Shown: in pieces, positions 1 through 12,538 of the stretch
Numbering within the stretch: position 1 is the first letter of the stretch
Layout of the letters: each line of letters begins with the position of its first letter
Assembly (NCBI GenBank): GCA_943704425.1
Contig: CALSCP010002750.1
Location: 1-39,806, forward strand
Length of the DNA: 39,806 bases
Direction: 5' to 3'
From: Ministeria vibrans ATCC 50519
Lineage: Eukaryota > Protista > Filasterea
Program-made: the position numbers and the translations under genes
The notes under the pieces: model-generated
Seen by the model: the letters and a program-made list of their open reading frames with translations, nothing else
Databases searched by the model: none
Told to the model about the DNA's origin: nothing

Positions 1-56
1 GTGTGTGTCTATCTCACAAATTGACACGTCTTTGGTGTGTGTCTATCTCACAAATT
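1..56. repeat. Short direct repeat (22 bp unit, 34 bp period) at the window edge
   Basis: gtgtgtgtctatctcacaaatt at 1-22 and 35-56. Confidence 0.7.
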
Positions 57-112
57 CATTACAATGTTTTGGTTGTGATATTTGTGTTCCTTCGTGTAGT
101 CAGGGAAATTGT

Positions 113-2441
113 TCAATCTTGCCAATGGCTCACAAAGTTTTGGTGTGCCGCAATCGCGTTGCAGTACGCGTTGGGCTGGCGAGGCGGGTCTTTTTTGGGG
201 GGGTGGTAAGTATTTGCTAGTTCGTGGAAGCGAAACAGCATGGATGAGACCACTTCGGGATTGGCCTGTGCGACATCGAAATGCTCGGTGGGATCCTGCT
301 TGATGTTAAACAGGCATGGCGCTGTCAGCGAGCACTGTGTCTCGTTAAGGGGCGGTGCGTGCCCTGTCACGTTTGGCGAGAATTGACCAAACCACGAGCT
401 CTGCAAAGAACAGAAAAACGAAAAAAGTGAGTTTGCTTCTTTGCACTGTTTAATATCGTTACTTGTTTCTCGGGTCCGACAAACAACTTCCAGTCGCCAA
501 TGCGAATGGCGCCCGATGGCTCGTTGTCATCAAACATCCGATGGTCGTGCACAATCTCGGTACGCACACTCTCGCTCACTTGGCCACTCAGGTATGGCCA
601 CTGGTTCAACGACTCGATGGGCGCAGGACCGGACTCGTCCGTCGGATCGACACCTACGTATCAAAAGAGTGCGCTTGTTAACTTTTCTAACCCTTTGCAG
701 CATTTGCTTGCAGTATTTGCCTGCTCTTCGTGTTGGTGTACCGGCGAGATGGGCAAAGGTTGAATACCAATCGCAAATATGAATAAGCCCATCGCGAGTG
801 GAGCCTCTTTCGCTCTTGGGCACCAGTCCGCCGTTGATAAATCCCGGAACGCGCACCCCTCCCTCCCAGTTGCTTCCTTTTCCGCCTTTCAGCGGGAAGT
901 TGCTACGTAGAAGCAAAAAGGAGAAGGAACAAGTGAGAGAAAGAGAGAGGAAGGGCGAAAACCCCAAAAGTGATAACGAGTGAGAGGAGGCAAGAAAGAG
1001 TGGGGGGGTGAAAGAGAGAAAGTGAAAGACGTGAAAACCGTAATTAAGAGAGATTAAGACAAAAAGCGAAAGAGAGAAACCAAAAGGCGTGAAACCCCCC
1101 AAAGCGACGTAATTGAACCAAAGCAACGTAATTAAGAGAGAGTAAGAGGGGGAAGGTGAAAGAGAGGGAGCGAAAGGTGAGAAAGAACCAAAGCGACAAA
1201 GAGATGAATGTTTCATTCAAACCTTCCCGCGACCTGAACGGGGCTTCCGTTGTCGGTGGTCCACACAAAGAGTGTGTTTTCCCACATTCCCGTCTGCTTG
1301 AGTGCTTGTGTCACATTGGCCGCACTTTCGTCCACCACCGACACCATTGCGTCAAAGGTAGAGCGCAGTGCCTGAGGGAAATGATACTTGGAGATGAAGC
1401 GTGTGGGTGCCTCAACGGGAGCATGCGTGTTGTGCAAAGCGTACTGCCCAAAAAAGGAAGCGGGGCGCGTGCAGTGAGTCACCCTCGTTTCGTTATACTT
1501 CCTTCTTTGTTTGCTTACGTAGAGGAACATGGGCTGGTCCGAGTGCTGGGCGCTATGCTTGTGGATGGCCTCGACGGCCGCTCGCGTAAACATCTCGCCA
1601 CTGTAGGTTCCGTTGCGACCGTATGCCGGCTCTCCATTCTGATGCAGATCAACCGAGTTCTTGCAGGGCGCACCCTGAGCATTGAACGTGATCTGTGTGT
1701 TGTGATCCTCCCCGCCTGTCAGAAACACAAACGACTCGTCGTAGCCGCGACCCAGTGGCATCATGTCGCGCGTGTAGAACCCTTGGTGCCACTTGCCAAT
1801 GATGGTGCTGCGATAGTTGGCCTTTTTTAACATTTTCGGGAGCTAAGAAAGTGAGGAAAGAGATGATGAGAGGCCTTCAATGGAAATGTTTAAGGTTTCA
1901 CACACAGTTTTCCCTTACGTAAGTGTACGTCGTGTTGATGCCATCGGGAAGATCCCACGGAATCAGGTTGGAGCGAGTTGCGGCCAGATGGTACGGGAAG
2001 CGGCCGGTGTGGAAGGACCCGCGCGTCGGCGAACAGTACTAAACATTCGCACAGTACTAAACATTCGCGTCGTCGCCAGCTGTCCCCGTCCCAATGCACG
2101 TACTTACCTTGTACACGTAGTGTCCTTCAAGTTTTACACCGTCTGCCGCAAGCGAGTCAAGCGTTGGCGTTACTAGGTCGGTAGTGACAGAGTGAGGAGA
2201 GGGTGGTCTGTGGTCTGTGTTGTCTGTCTGTGTGGTCTGTGTTGTGTTGTGTTGTATGTGTGGTCTGTGTTGGCTGTATTGTCTGCGTTGTCTGTGTGCG
2301 CTGCATACTCAAATCGGTGTTGTGGTAGCCTGGCGAGTTGTAGCCCAGGTCGTCTGTGAGCATAAACACAATGTTGGGTGCCTTGGCTCCCCATGCCGGG
2401 AGCGCCACAAGCACGACGCACAAAACGGAGAGTGTGCCCAT
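113..2441 (-). CDS. Secreted arylsulfatase (formylglycine-dependent sulfatase, ARSB/I/J-like), multi-exon
   Basis: Signal peptide MGTLSVLCVVLVALPAWG, then PNIVFMLTDDLGY. Spliced ITPTLDSLAADGVKLEGHYVYK|YCSPTRGSFHTGR carries the CxPxR motif (exon starts 2038). Also GKWHQG, HAPVEAP, NTLFVWTTDNG, PLKGGKGSNWEGGVRVPGF, IRIGDWKL and CLFNIKQDPTE. Stop TGA at 113-115. Confidence 0.93.
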
Positions 2442-2742
2442 AGCGCAATGAAAGCACAATAAATGAATAAAAAAATGAAGAAGAAGAAAAATGAAATCAT
2501 CAATGAAGAAAGAAGATCCATTAATTAAAATTATAATAATAATAATAATAAAAATAATAATTATTAATATTATTATTATTAATTAATTTTTGTACATTAT
2601 AAATTATTATTGTAGTCATGTAAAAAATGAAGAAAAAAGATTTCCATTATTTAAAAATATTATTTAAAAATATTAGAAGAAGAAGAATTTTAAAAATATT
2701 AAATTTTTGTACATATTGTCAATAGTCATGTAAAAGTCGCAG

Positions 2743-4467
2743 CTACACGTCGACGCGAACGGTCGAGAGAATTTTGGCAAGTTGACGAGCACGCTGACGT
2801 GCAAGATCAGACACGGTGGGGTTGCTGCGGACCTTGGAGCGCAGAAAGACAGCAAGGTCGCGGGCAATGTCGGTGGACGAGAGGCGACGGGCGAGGTCGC
2901 GCGCGAGCGAGTCGGGGCCATCGGGCGCGCCGAGCAGCGTGTCAAAGACAAGTACAAAAAAGGCCGATTCGGTGGGTGAGAGCTCGGTAAATGTAATCGT
3001 CTTAAAGAGTGTCGGCGAAAGGGCGTGCGAGCCCACCAGGGCCGCTGTGAAGCGAGCCAGATGCGCCAGTTGTGCTGCTGTCTTGGTGTCAAGCTCGCGA
3101 AAGCGGTCCCACAAAGTGTATTGCGCCGTCACCTTGTGGTTGTGCGAGTGTTGACACAGACGACCGGCCACAAGAGCATAGAAGGGGTTGTAAACGCTCT
3201 CCTGCTGACAGCACTGCACAATGACACGAATCACCTCGCGCTCCTGCTTGTCCGACAGCGCCAGCCGCAGCAGCTTCTCAAACGCATCGCAGTAGTCTTC
3301 GCTGGCCATGAGAACACAGAAGACGGCGCGACGCACGTCGGTGTTCATGTGCAGCCGCTTGGCCGCCTTGAGGATCGCTGCGTCGGCGCCTCCCAGCACA
3401 CTGTGAACTTCCTTGTCCGTTGCAGTGACAGAGGCAGAGGTCGCCGTGGAAGACGACGCGGTGATCTTGGTCTCGGCGTCGTGGCCGCGCCAGGCACTGC
3501 CAACGAGCCACCAGCGACCGCGCGTATCCGCCTCAAGTAGCTCCACCAGTGAAACACGCAGAGCCGACGAGGCGCCAGCCTTCTTGGAGAGCGCAGGCAC
3601 CGATCGACGCACCGTGTCAACAAGTTCGGCCTCGGCGGCCACCCCGCCCGTCGACTGTACGCGACGGTTGTTCTTCAGAGCCATGATGGTGTCGAGCATG
3701 TAGCGTGCGCGCGTCGAGTTGGCCGCCGCCGACGCCTGCTCCTGTACTCGCAGCACAATATCCTTGAGCGCCGCTGGGTCGTCGGCGCGCAGACTTGAGC
3801 CGGTGCAGCGCAGCAGGAGCAGCAACAGCTCAATGTCCGACTCGCTCAGTTTCTCGATGAGACGACGCACCAAATCGTAGACGAGCAGACAATCGACCAC
3901 CTGAAAGGTGTAAAGAAAAGCAATGGCCGCCAGCAGATTTGAGCAGCGCTTGCTCTCGGCCGCCGTTGCATACGATTCGTCAAAGGCCCGCACCAGCTCC
4001 TGCACACACGTCGCGCCCACCTCCGTGCCAATGCTGCGGTGCAACAGCGACGCACACGCCGCATACACACACAGTGTGCGACGATTCAGCGGTGAGTCGT
4101 CGGCACACGCGTCCAGAAGCACCTGCGAGAAAACAGCGAGTGCGTCGTGGCGCGTGTAGCGTCCACTGCTAAACATTTCCTCGATGAGACGCGTGATCGT
4201 CTCCAGATTGGACTCGCTCACGCGGTTCATCTGTCCTTGCATCACACGCTTCAGCTGTTCGTTTAGCGGCACTGCTTTGCGCAGGTGGGGCGGTATGTAC
4301 GCACCAGTCTTGGCGACGTTTTTCACGTTGCCATAGATGTCCTCTTCCTCCTCTTCCTCACCGTCGTTGTTGCTGTCGTCGTCTTCTTCGTCGTCTTCAT
4401 CATCTTCACCATCTTCATCATCTTCATCGTCGTCGTCATCTTCATCGTCGTCGTCATCGTCGTCGTT

Positions 4468-4502
<35 letters not shown>

Positions 4503-4872
4503 TGCCACTCTCTTCGCCGTCGTCCTCGTATCGCTCGTACCCAAGAAGGAAGTCTTCCAGCTCGTCTGCTTTTGCCGCTTGCACCTTCGTCTTCGCCGGT
4601 TTCTTCACTCCCAGCAGCTTCTCTAGTCGTGCGATTTCGTGAGCGTCGGGATCCGCGTCGACCGTTGCGGCGACACGTGTGTCTTTGGCCGTGGTCGACG
4701 CTTTCTTCGACGACACTCGCGCCCGCTTAGGCGCCGCCGCCTCGACCTCTGTTGCACCATCCAGGTCGGACACATTGCGCTTGGTCCCTTGCTTGTCACC
4801 GCTAATGCGTACAGCCTGTGCTGGTCGTCTCCGCGCCGCTTTACGTTCAGCTTTGCGTTGGGCCGCTTTCAT
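2743..4872 (-). CDS. NOM1: Nucleolar MIF4G + MA3 domain protein (NOM1/Sgd1), single exon
   Basis: Basic N-terminus, EIARLEKLLG, long D/E tract, GAYIPPHLRK, MIF4G helices (MNRVSESNL...SSLRADDPAALKDI...RARYMLDTIMALKNN), GRWWLVGSAW, MA3 domain MNTDVRRAVFCVLMASEDYCDAFEKLLRL...QESVYNPFY. Likely ATG at 4872. Confidence 0.92.
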
Positions 4873-5129
4873 TGTGCCCGATAAACACAAAAAAAAAAGT
4901 GAATATGTATTATTTGAAAGAAGTTTCTCGTTCTACCTCGTTTGTTCAGGTGTGTCAAGGCTGTTGCCTTGCTTGCCTGTCCGGTCGCGTGTTCAAGGTT
5001 ACACTGTTCGACCTAATTCGACGTCATTCACGATTGATCATCTATCAATTATTATTCAATTATTTTAATATTTTGCATCTTCTTCTAATATTTTGCATCC
5101 GCCACTGAATAATCTCCACCATTTACACT

Positions 5130-6861
5130 ATGAGAGAGAAGGTATCCCTGTTCAGTAAGCGCGGTGCGAGTGTGCTGTCTGGTAAGGCGCCTTGGGCGTA
5201 GTGGACGATGGAGCTGATTATGCAACATAGACCTCGACCACGAATATCGCGCAACCTTTGTCGGGGATGAGCCAGCGACCCAGCGCGATGCGTCGGCGAC
5301 AGCGGTACCGACAGCAGTAGCAACGATGGGCGCGGGTGAGGCGGTGCAGTCGAATGCGGAGCGAGGACTGACGTGCAATGCGTGTGCCATTGCCTCGTTC
5401 GACACCGTCGACGAACAGAAGCAGCACATGCGACTTGATTGGCACAGGCTCAATGTGAAACGTCGTGTGCAGGCGCTGGCTCCCGTCGGCGAGGAGGCGT
5501 TTGCCAGCTGGGTCGAGAGACGCGCGCAAGGAGAACAGCAGGCAAGCGACCTGTCGTCAATCAGTGGCTCGGACGACGACGACGAAGACGAGGAGGACGG
5601 CCAGGTGGACAGTGACGCCGCCGACGAGGCCGCGTATGCTCGTTTGCAAGCGGTCCGCCGTACGCCTCGTGCGCTCTTCATCTCGCGCAATGGCGACCAG
5701 TGTGTGGGTGTGTACCGCGCACTCATGCTCACACAACGCGAGGCACGTCTCACCGACGACAAGGAGCTGCTGGACAGGGTGCGCGCGCTTCCTCAGAATC
5801 GCCAGTGGGCCATCCTCCTCTGCGGCGGCGGTCACTTTGCGGGTGCCGTGTATGAAGGCGGGCAAACCAAGCCAAAGTTGCACCGCACATTTCACCGCTA
5901 CACCGTTCGACGAAAGGTGCGCCTGGTTCTGTTTTTTTTTTTTGTCTCTTTTCTTTATCTCTTTGACTTTGGTTTTCTTTTCGTTTTGTCACTTTTGTTT
6001 TTTTTTTTGACTTTCGTTCTGACTTTTTGTCTCTTTGGCTTTTCTTCTTCGGTTTGGTTTTGATTCTTTGTGTGTATGTAGGCTGGCGGATCACAGGCGT
6101 CGCATGATGCGCGCACGGGATTCAAGGCACACAGCGCAGGTGCGTCGCTGCGGCGACACAATGAAGCAATGCTTCAGGAAGAGATCCGCGCGCTGCTTGT
6201 GTCGTGGCAGACTGAGCTCGATGCTTGTTCCCTCCTCTTCTTGCAGGCGCCCGGTCTCTCTCGGCGAATCTTCTTTGAGGGCCATGGTGCACCTTTTCAG
6301 CTCGCTGACGCTCGTTTTCGCGCTGTTCCCTTTCCCACACGACGCCCGACGCTCAAAGAGGCCGAGCGCGTTTTTGCTGAGCTATCCTCTGTCACCATTG
6401 GGCCTGTCCCGGCGCCCGTTGTTCTTCCGCCTGCCCCTGCGGCGGGAAAAAGTAAGCCGAGCCAGTCGAAGAAAAAGGTAAAGGAGAAGGACGAGGGAGA
6501 TGAGGAGGAGGAGGATGAGGAGGAGGAGGGCGACGATGGAACGTCGAAGACGAGCAAGAAGAATAAGAAGAAGAAGAAGAAGACCAAGAGTGGTGGTGGT
6601 GGGGCGACAAGACAGCGAACGCAGGATTTGCCGGCGCTGCTTGAGGCGTGTGTCTTGGGCAATGTGGATCGTGTTGTTGAGCGGGTTGCGAGTGATGATA
6701 GAGCTGAGCTGATGGCACGCGATGAGCATGGTTGGACAGCGTTACATCATGCCTGTGCAAACGAAGACGGCGAAACAGCCGCGGCTCTTGTGGCTTCGCT
6801 GATGAATGCAGGTGTCGATCCGACAGTTGAGGCACATGAGGATGCGACGACGACTACAGCG
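5130..6861 (+). CDS. ANKZF1: ANKZF1/Vms1 ribosome-quality-control factor; 3' end lost in the gap
   Basis: Exon 5130-5154 and intron 5155-5230 give MREKVSLFNLD, resembling the N-terminal SLFDL motif. C2H2 finger CNAC...HMRLDWHRLNVKRR. VLRF1 domain WAILLCGGGHFAGAVY...HRTFHRYTVRRK, intron 5917-6081, then AGGSQ...HSAGASLRRHNE with the catalytic Gln. Also VPFPTRRPT and ankyrin repeat DEHGWTALHHAC. Confidence 0.93.
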
Positions 6862-7802
6862 NNNNNNNNNNNNNNNNNNNNNNNNNNNNNNNNNNNNNNN
6901 NNNNNNNNNNNNNNNNNNNNNNNNNNNNNNNNNNNNNNNNNNNNNNNNNNNNNNNNNNNNNNNNNNNNNNNNNNNNNNNNNNNNNNNNNNNNNNNNNNNN
7001 NNNNNNNNNNNNNNNNNNNNNNNNNNNNNNNNNNNNNNNNNNNNNNNNNNNNNNNNNNNNNNNNNNNNNNNNNNNNNNNNNNNNNNNNNNNNNNNNNNNN
7101 NNNNNNNNNNNNNNNNNNNNNNNNNNNNNNNNNNNNNNNNNNNNNNNNNNNNNNNNNNNNNNNNNNNNNNNNNNNNNNNNNNNNNNNNNNNNNNNNNNNN
7201 NNNNNNNNNNNNNNNNNNNNNNNNNNNNNNNNNNNNNNNNNNNNNNNNNNNNNNNNNNNNNNNNNNNNNNNNNNNNNNNNNNNNNNNNNNNNNNNNNNNN
7301 NNNNNNNNNNNNNNNNNNNNNNNNNNNNNNNNNNNNNNNNNNNNNNNNNNNNNNNNNNNNNNNNNNNNNNNNNNNNNNNNNNNNNNNNNNNNNNNNNNNN
7401 NNNNNNNNNNNNNNNNNNNNNNNNNNNNNNNNNNNNNNNNNNNNNNNNNNNNNNNNNNNNNNNNNNNNNNNNNNNNNNNNNNNNNNNNNNNNNNNNNNNN
7501 NNNNNNNNNNNNNNNNNNNNNNNNNNNNNNNNNNNNNNNNNNNNNNNNNNNNNNNNNNNNNNNNNNNNNNNNNNNNNNNNNNNNNNNNNNNNNNNNNNNN
7601 NNNNNNNNNNNNNNNNNNNNNNNNNNNNNNNNNNNNNNNNNNNNNNNNNNNNNNNNNNNNNNNNNNNNNNNNNNNNNNNNNNNNNNNNNNNNNNNNNNNN
7701 NNNNNNNNNNNNNNNNNNNNNNNNNNNNNNNNNNNNNNNNNNNNNNNNNNNNNNNNNNNNNNNNNNNNNNNNNNNNNNNNNNNNNNNNNNNNNNNNNNNN
7801 NN
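6862..7802. other. Assembly gap (others at 16786-16981, 24360-25334, 28305-29230, 33042-33051)
   Basis: Runs of N; most gaps border repeats. Confidence 1.
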
Positions 7803-8128
7803 TTGTACAATGAAGCTTTTGCCCTAGGACTTCAAAAAAAAAAAAAATACTCATACGCCGCCTCCAGGCACTGTCTCGCAGCCGCTACTGCATCTCTTCG
7901 AGCGTAGGCTGGGATGCGACGCGTCATGGCCAACGACCAGCAACCAGACACCAAGTTTTTTTTTTTTTGGAAGTCCTAGGGCAAAAGCTTCATTGTACAA
8001 GACAAACTAGCCATTCGAAGCGGCTGCTTCACCCCCGCATTCCGAGTGCAGGGCGGGTTGGTCATCACACTCCTTCCTGACCGACCCTAATGATCGGCCC
8101 ATGTGGCGCCACTGGGGGAGAGAACGCC
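7803..8128. mobile_element. Two inverted copies of a poly(A)-tailed repeat end (putative non-LTR retrotransposon/SINE 3' ends, or a foldback element)
   Basis: 31 bp at 7803-7833 followed by A14 is the perfect reverse complement of 7970-8000, which is preceded by T13. The spacer is 108 bp. AATGAA lies about 20 nt upstream of each A-tract. The right copy continues as GC-rich sequence to about 8128. Confidence 0.55.
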
Positions 8129-8322
8129 TATTATATTATCGGTATTGATGAAGTACTGATTGATGTTACAATAGACACGCAGCGCTGAATTTTCAATAAC
8201 GAGCGTCATGAATATAATTATTATTATATCGAAATTCGAAAAAAGTTCAAATTAAAGAGTACTTTCAATAAAGTCTTTTTTTTCTTTTTCGAAAATCCTT
8301 CGGGGGTTTAAAGAAGGTTTAA

Positions 8323-8327
<5 letters not shown>

Positions 8328-8380
<53 letters not shown>
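8328..8380. repeat. (TAA)n microsatellite
   Basis: About 17 perfect TAA units just downstream of the DCLK stop; similar tracts near 2530, 8740 and 19995. Confidence 0.95.
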
Positions 8381-8396
8381 GTGCCGGTTTCATTTT

Positions 8397-11300
8397 TCAA
8401 TAGGTTGAGTGGGAAAGCGGAATATGCGATGGCTTTGAAAGATCCGTGCGCAAGTCGGCCGAAAAGGCGTCGTCGTCGGCACTGCCATCCATGGACTCAA
8501 GCGATGGTTTACGTATCATTCCCAACGGCATCGACATGGAGAGTGCGTCAGGAAAGGTCCCAATGCTCACCGTGTCCGCTCCCGCACTCTGTCGAATGCC
8601 TCGCGGTCCCAGAGAAGTGCGCCGCCCCAATCCTCCCGTCACAGTCGACGTTGACACCGTCGCCGATGGACCTCCACTTGCACCCTAACATAAAAGATAA
8701 AGCAAACCAAACAAAAAAAATATAATTATTATAATTATAAATAATAATAATAATAATTATTATTATAATAATTATTATTCAATCGTAGTGGCCATGCCAG
8801 AATGATAACGGACCTCTCCACGCAGAACAGGTCGTTGAGGTGACACGCCTTCTCTGTGCATCTCCTTTGCACCCGTCTTTAGCTCATCGCGTCCTGCCAG
8901 TTTGTAGTGCAACCGAAGATTGCGCGAAATCTACACATGCCACCCGAGTTAAATTTGCTGCTTATTGTGATGTTATTAAGTGACCTTGTTTTGCATGTCG
9001 CCCGTGTCGGGACAGGTTGCTCCGTTTACCCAAGGGTGCTGGTAGATCTCGTCGGCCGACAGACGCGCGTCCTCGTCCGTCGTGAGCAGGCTGCGGATAA
9101 ACTCCTGAGCGGCGTCGCTTACGTCGTGCCACTGCTCGACAGGAAAGGCGTAGTCGCAGCGACGGATGGCATCAAAGAGAACGCTCTGGCTGCGACTGGC
9201 AAAGGGTGGTGTGCCACTCAGCGCCACGTACGTGATCACGCCAATAGCCCAGCAGTCCACCTTCTTGCCGTACCCGCACTCACTGCGCCCGCTGTTCAGC
9301 ACCTCCGGCGCAACGTACTTGGGGGTGCCGCAGATGGTGTCCATGCGTGCCTGCGGCGTTGTCAGCTTTTTGGCCAGACCAAAGTCGCTCACCTTGAGCG
9401 CCGTCTCACCAATGTCGTCCGTGTGAAACAGTAGGTTCTCCGGCTTGAGGTCGCGGTGGACAATGCCCAGGTCGTGCAGATAGCGCACAGCGCACGCTAG
9501 GTCTTTCACCAGCGATGCCACAAAAAACTCGGTGAGCGGCTGTGCGTTGAGCAGCACGTCAAAGAGGTCACCGCCCGACACCAGTTCGCTCACCAGGTAC
9601 AAATGGCGTTTTGTCGAGAAGGACTCGATCAGAGCCACAATGTTAGGGTGGTGCGACACGCGCGACAGCAGTGCCAGCTCGTTGTCCAGTAGCTGCTCCT
9701 TGCCCTTGAGCTTCTCCTTGTCAATAATCTTGAGCGCAAACCGTTCGTTGGTGGCGCGTCGCGTGCACATCCGCACCTGTGCAAAGTTCCCCTCGCCAAT
9801 CACCGGTCCAATGCGGTAATAGTCGCGCACGACGCCTCCCGACGAGCCCGCTGCCGTCACGGTTGCCTTGCTCTCCGTCGAGTAGAACTGCTTGCGCGTC
9901 GTGTACTGATCGCGGAAACGTGCACTCTGCTCTCGCTTCTCCCTGTGAATAGTGTCATCGACTCCGTCCGCCTTGGCAATTACTGCGTCTGCTAGCGAAC
10001 CCCGGCGCTCCTCAACCTTCTGCTGTGTCTGTCGGCTCTGACGGTCGCGCTCAAGGTAACGCGCCCGAGCACTGCGAATAGCGCTGTTCACCACACGTTC
10101 CACAGTCTCGCCCTCACCCCCACCCGCAAACACCCCCGAGTCGTCAATATCGCCGCTTACCGTGCGCGTCACGGGCTGTCCCGACAACGACGGCAAACTC
10201 TCGGTAGGGCCCTGTACGTGAGGCAAACCGCCCGAAGGTGTCGTGCCGACGGGTGCAGGACTTGCCTGGTACGAGCGCGGAGTATGATTGGTGGTGATGG
10301 GCATGACCATGTGAAGCGGCGCAAGATCACTGCTGTGCGTGCGCCACGCATGATGGTTGCTGCCACGCGGCACATCGGTCGTAAACGACGACGCAGGCGA
10401 CGCTGCGACACCCATAGCCGCACCCGCCATGAGCCCACCGCCACGGGTAAAGCTGTTCATGTCGAGGAGTGGCAGTGACGCGGCGCCTGTAGCTGTCGTA
10501 GTGGTCGTTTTGGTGGAATCGTCTGCCATCATGATGGGCATGACGACGGGCGCGTAGCGCATCCGACTGCCATCGACGGGTACATTGAACATGGGTGGCT
10601 GAAGACCGTGCTGTTGTGGCACGGCAGTGCGCTTGGCGACGTGAGGACGACGGGGAGACAGTTGTGACGTTGTCGGGATGGGAAAGTCACGGCCATACTG
10701 CGGAAGCTGCGTCTCGTCGGCGAGAGCAAGGTACTGGGCTTCGTTGGGACCACCCGAGTGCACAAGGAGCTGTTCGAGGGTCACAACACGGTGGCCCGGT
10801 GGCGACACAGTGTAAAGGGCGGCAACGGGCGCACCCAGTGCCTGGCCCATAGTCGCAAGGGCCTGTTCAAAAGTGGGCGCACTCGTGCTCGTGAGCATGA
10901 CTCGCACTCCGCCATGCGTGACGTCATCGTTAAGATACACTATGGCTGTGCGCGGATGGTACACGTCGACGGTGTTAAGGTGGTTGGGACGGCGGGACGT
11001 AAACGGATCTTCAAGAGCCCTCAGCTCGTACTCCTCCGCGTCCGCCTGCGCCTGGGTAGCCGCAGCAGCAGCAGCAGCAGCAGCAGCAGACGACCCCTTC
11101 TTCGACCTTTTCGTTTTCTTCTTCTTCGACGTCCCCTTTGACTTGCCACCACCCTTCTTCTTTCCCGCCGTCATCGTCTTCTTCTTCAGCGTGCTCGCCT
11201 TCTTTGTCAGTGTCATCTTCGGCGGCGCTACTTCATCTTCATCGTCTATGAATGATAACCAGTCAATCAATTGCAAACTACATTCACATTGTCGTTTCTA

Positions 11301-12372
11301 CCCATGTCTCCTTTGACTCCCGGTGGATTGAACGCAAGCAAGACCTCTAATATTGCATCAACCAACACAATCAGCACCCAACTCACCAGCGGTGCCAGTC
11401 TGCCGTGCGTACCTTTGTAGCCCTCGTATCCAGGCTGTTTGGACAGGGTGCTCTTTCGCTTCAACAGAGTCGATGCACTGCCATAGGAGACTGCCTTGAA
11501 CGACTCGCCAGGTCCCATCACAACGTAGTGCTACAATGAAAAAGTTTAGAGAAAAAAGGAGCGGAAAATTGAGAGTGCGCAAAAAAAAATGAACACACTG
11601 ACCATTCCATCTTTCAGATCAGTCACAGCCTCCACGGAACGGTGTCCACTTGGAGTCACAACGCGACGGACAGGACCGCCGTTGCGCACTGTCGCTGCCA
11701 GATGCTCCAAAAGACGATCCATTGTTGGATAGCGCTTCTTTGACACCAAAATTTCAGAGCCCTACAGAGTGAGCCAGAGAGAAAAACAATTTTCATGAAA
11801 AAGTAGACAGTCATAAACATACAAAACGAACGCCAATTGCCAAAACCCACATAGACATCAACACACACACACCATGGAAAGCTGTACACAAGCATAAACA
11901 TGTAAAACCACATCAAAAGAGCCCAGAATGGCGCCGAGAGCACAGCCATTCATGAGTTGCTAAGGAATGCACAGCATAGCAACCACGAAAAAAGCACTTG
12001 CCTAACCGCCAAAAAGTATATCGAGGACACACACACTGCAACAACGTACTAAACAAAACTCCCTCTTCGTAGATGGGTACGAAGCGCAAGACCAGAGTGT
12101 CTGTGTCGCAAAAAAATGACAACCCAATGTGTTTCGATTTCGCACATTGACCACAGCAAGATGTGCAGCAGGACGCGCGCAAGTATCGACACACAAGGCG
12201 TTTTTGCAGCTCGTACGGTGGTGACGGTGTCGCCGTTTTTGTAGAAGATACACTTGATGGCATTTTGTGGATTGGAAGGAATCGCACTGGCTTCATAGAA
12301 GGAGTCGTCGCTGTCGGCGTCGTCCTCCCCGATCTGCGGATCGTCGTACGCAAAGCTACTGTACTGTGCCAT
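8397..12372 (-). CDS. DCLK: Doublecortin-like kinase (two DCX domains + CaMK-group kinase), multi-exon
   Basis: DCX1 spliced from three exons: KCIFYKNGDTVTT|GSEILVSKKRYPTMDRLLEHL...VRRVVTPSGHRSVEAVTDLKDGM|HYVVMGPGESFK. DCX2: PRTAIVYLNDD...TFEQALATMGQAL...VAALYT. Kinase motifs GEGNFAQV, ALKIIDK, HRDLKPEN, DFG, CGTPKYVAPE, GYGKKVDCWAIGVITY. C-terminal exons about 8815-8930 and 8397-8684. One internal junction (about 11250-11390) is uncertain. Confidence 0.9.
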
Positions 12373-12538
12373 GTAAAGAAAACAATGGTAGAAATAAACG
12401 TGAGGAATTACTAACAAATTATTGAGTGAATAATGAGACTGAGTCACTCTCATCTGAATGAAACAATGATGTGTTCTTCATGAAATACGAATGGTTCAAG
12501 CCGCAACGGCCAACGGCTGTTCTGTTGCATTAAATGTG

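Noticed and set aside
1-56. Repeat-spacer-repeat pattern resembling CRISPR
   Set aside because: Only two copies with a 12-bp spacer, eukaryotic context and no cas genes.
4285-4642. Poly-Ser, poly-Val and poly-Thr ORFs
   Set aside because: Shadows of the NOM1 (GAC)n acidic tract.
7956-8128. Possible tRNA, C/D snoRNA (GTGATGA) or HDV/hammerhead ribozyme
   Set aside because: No cloverleaf, no well-placed D box and no complete ribozyme core could be drawn; the A/B boxes match only weakly.
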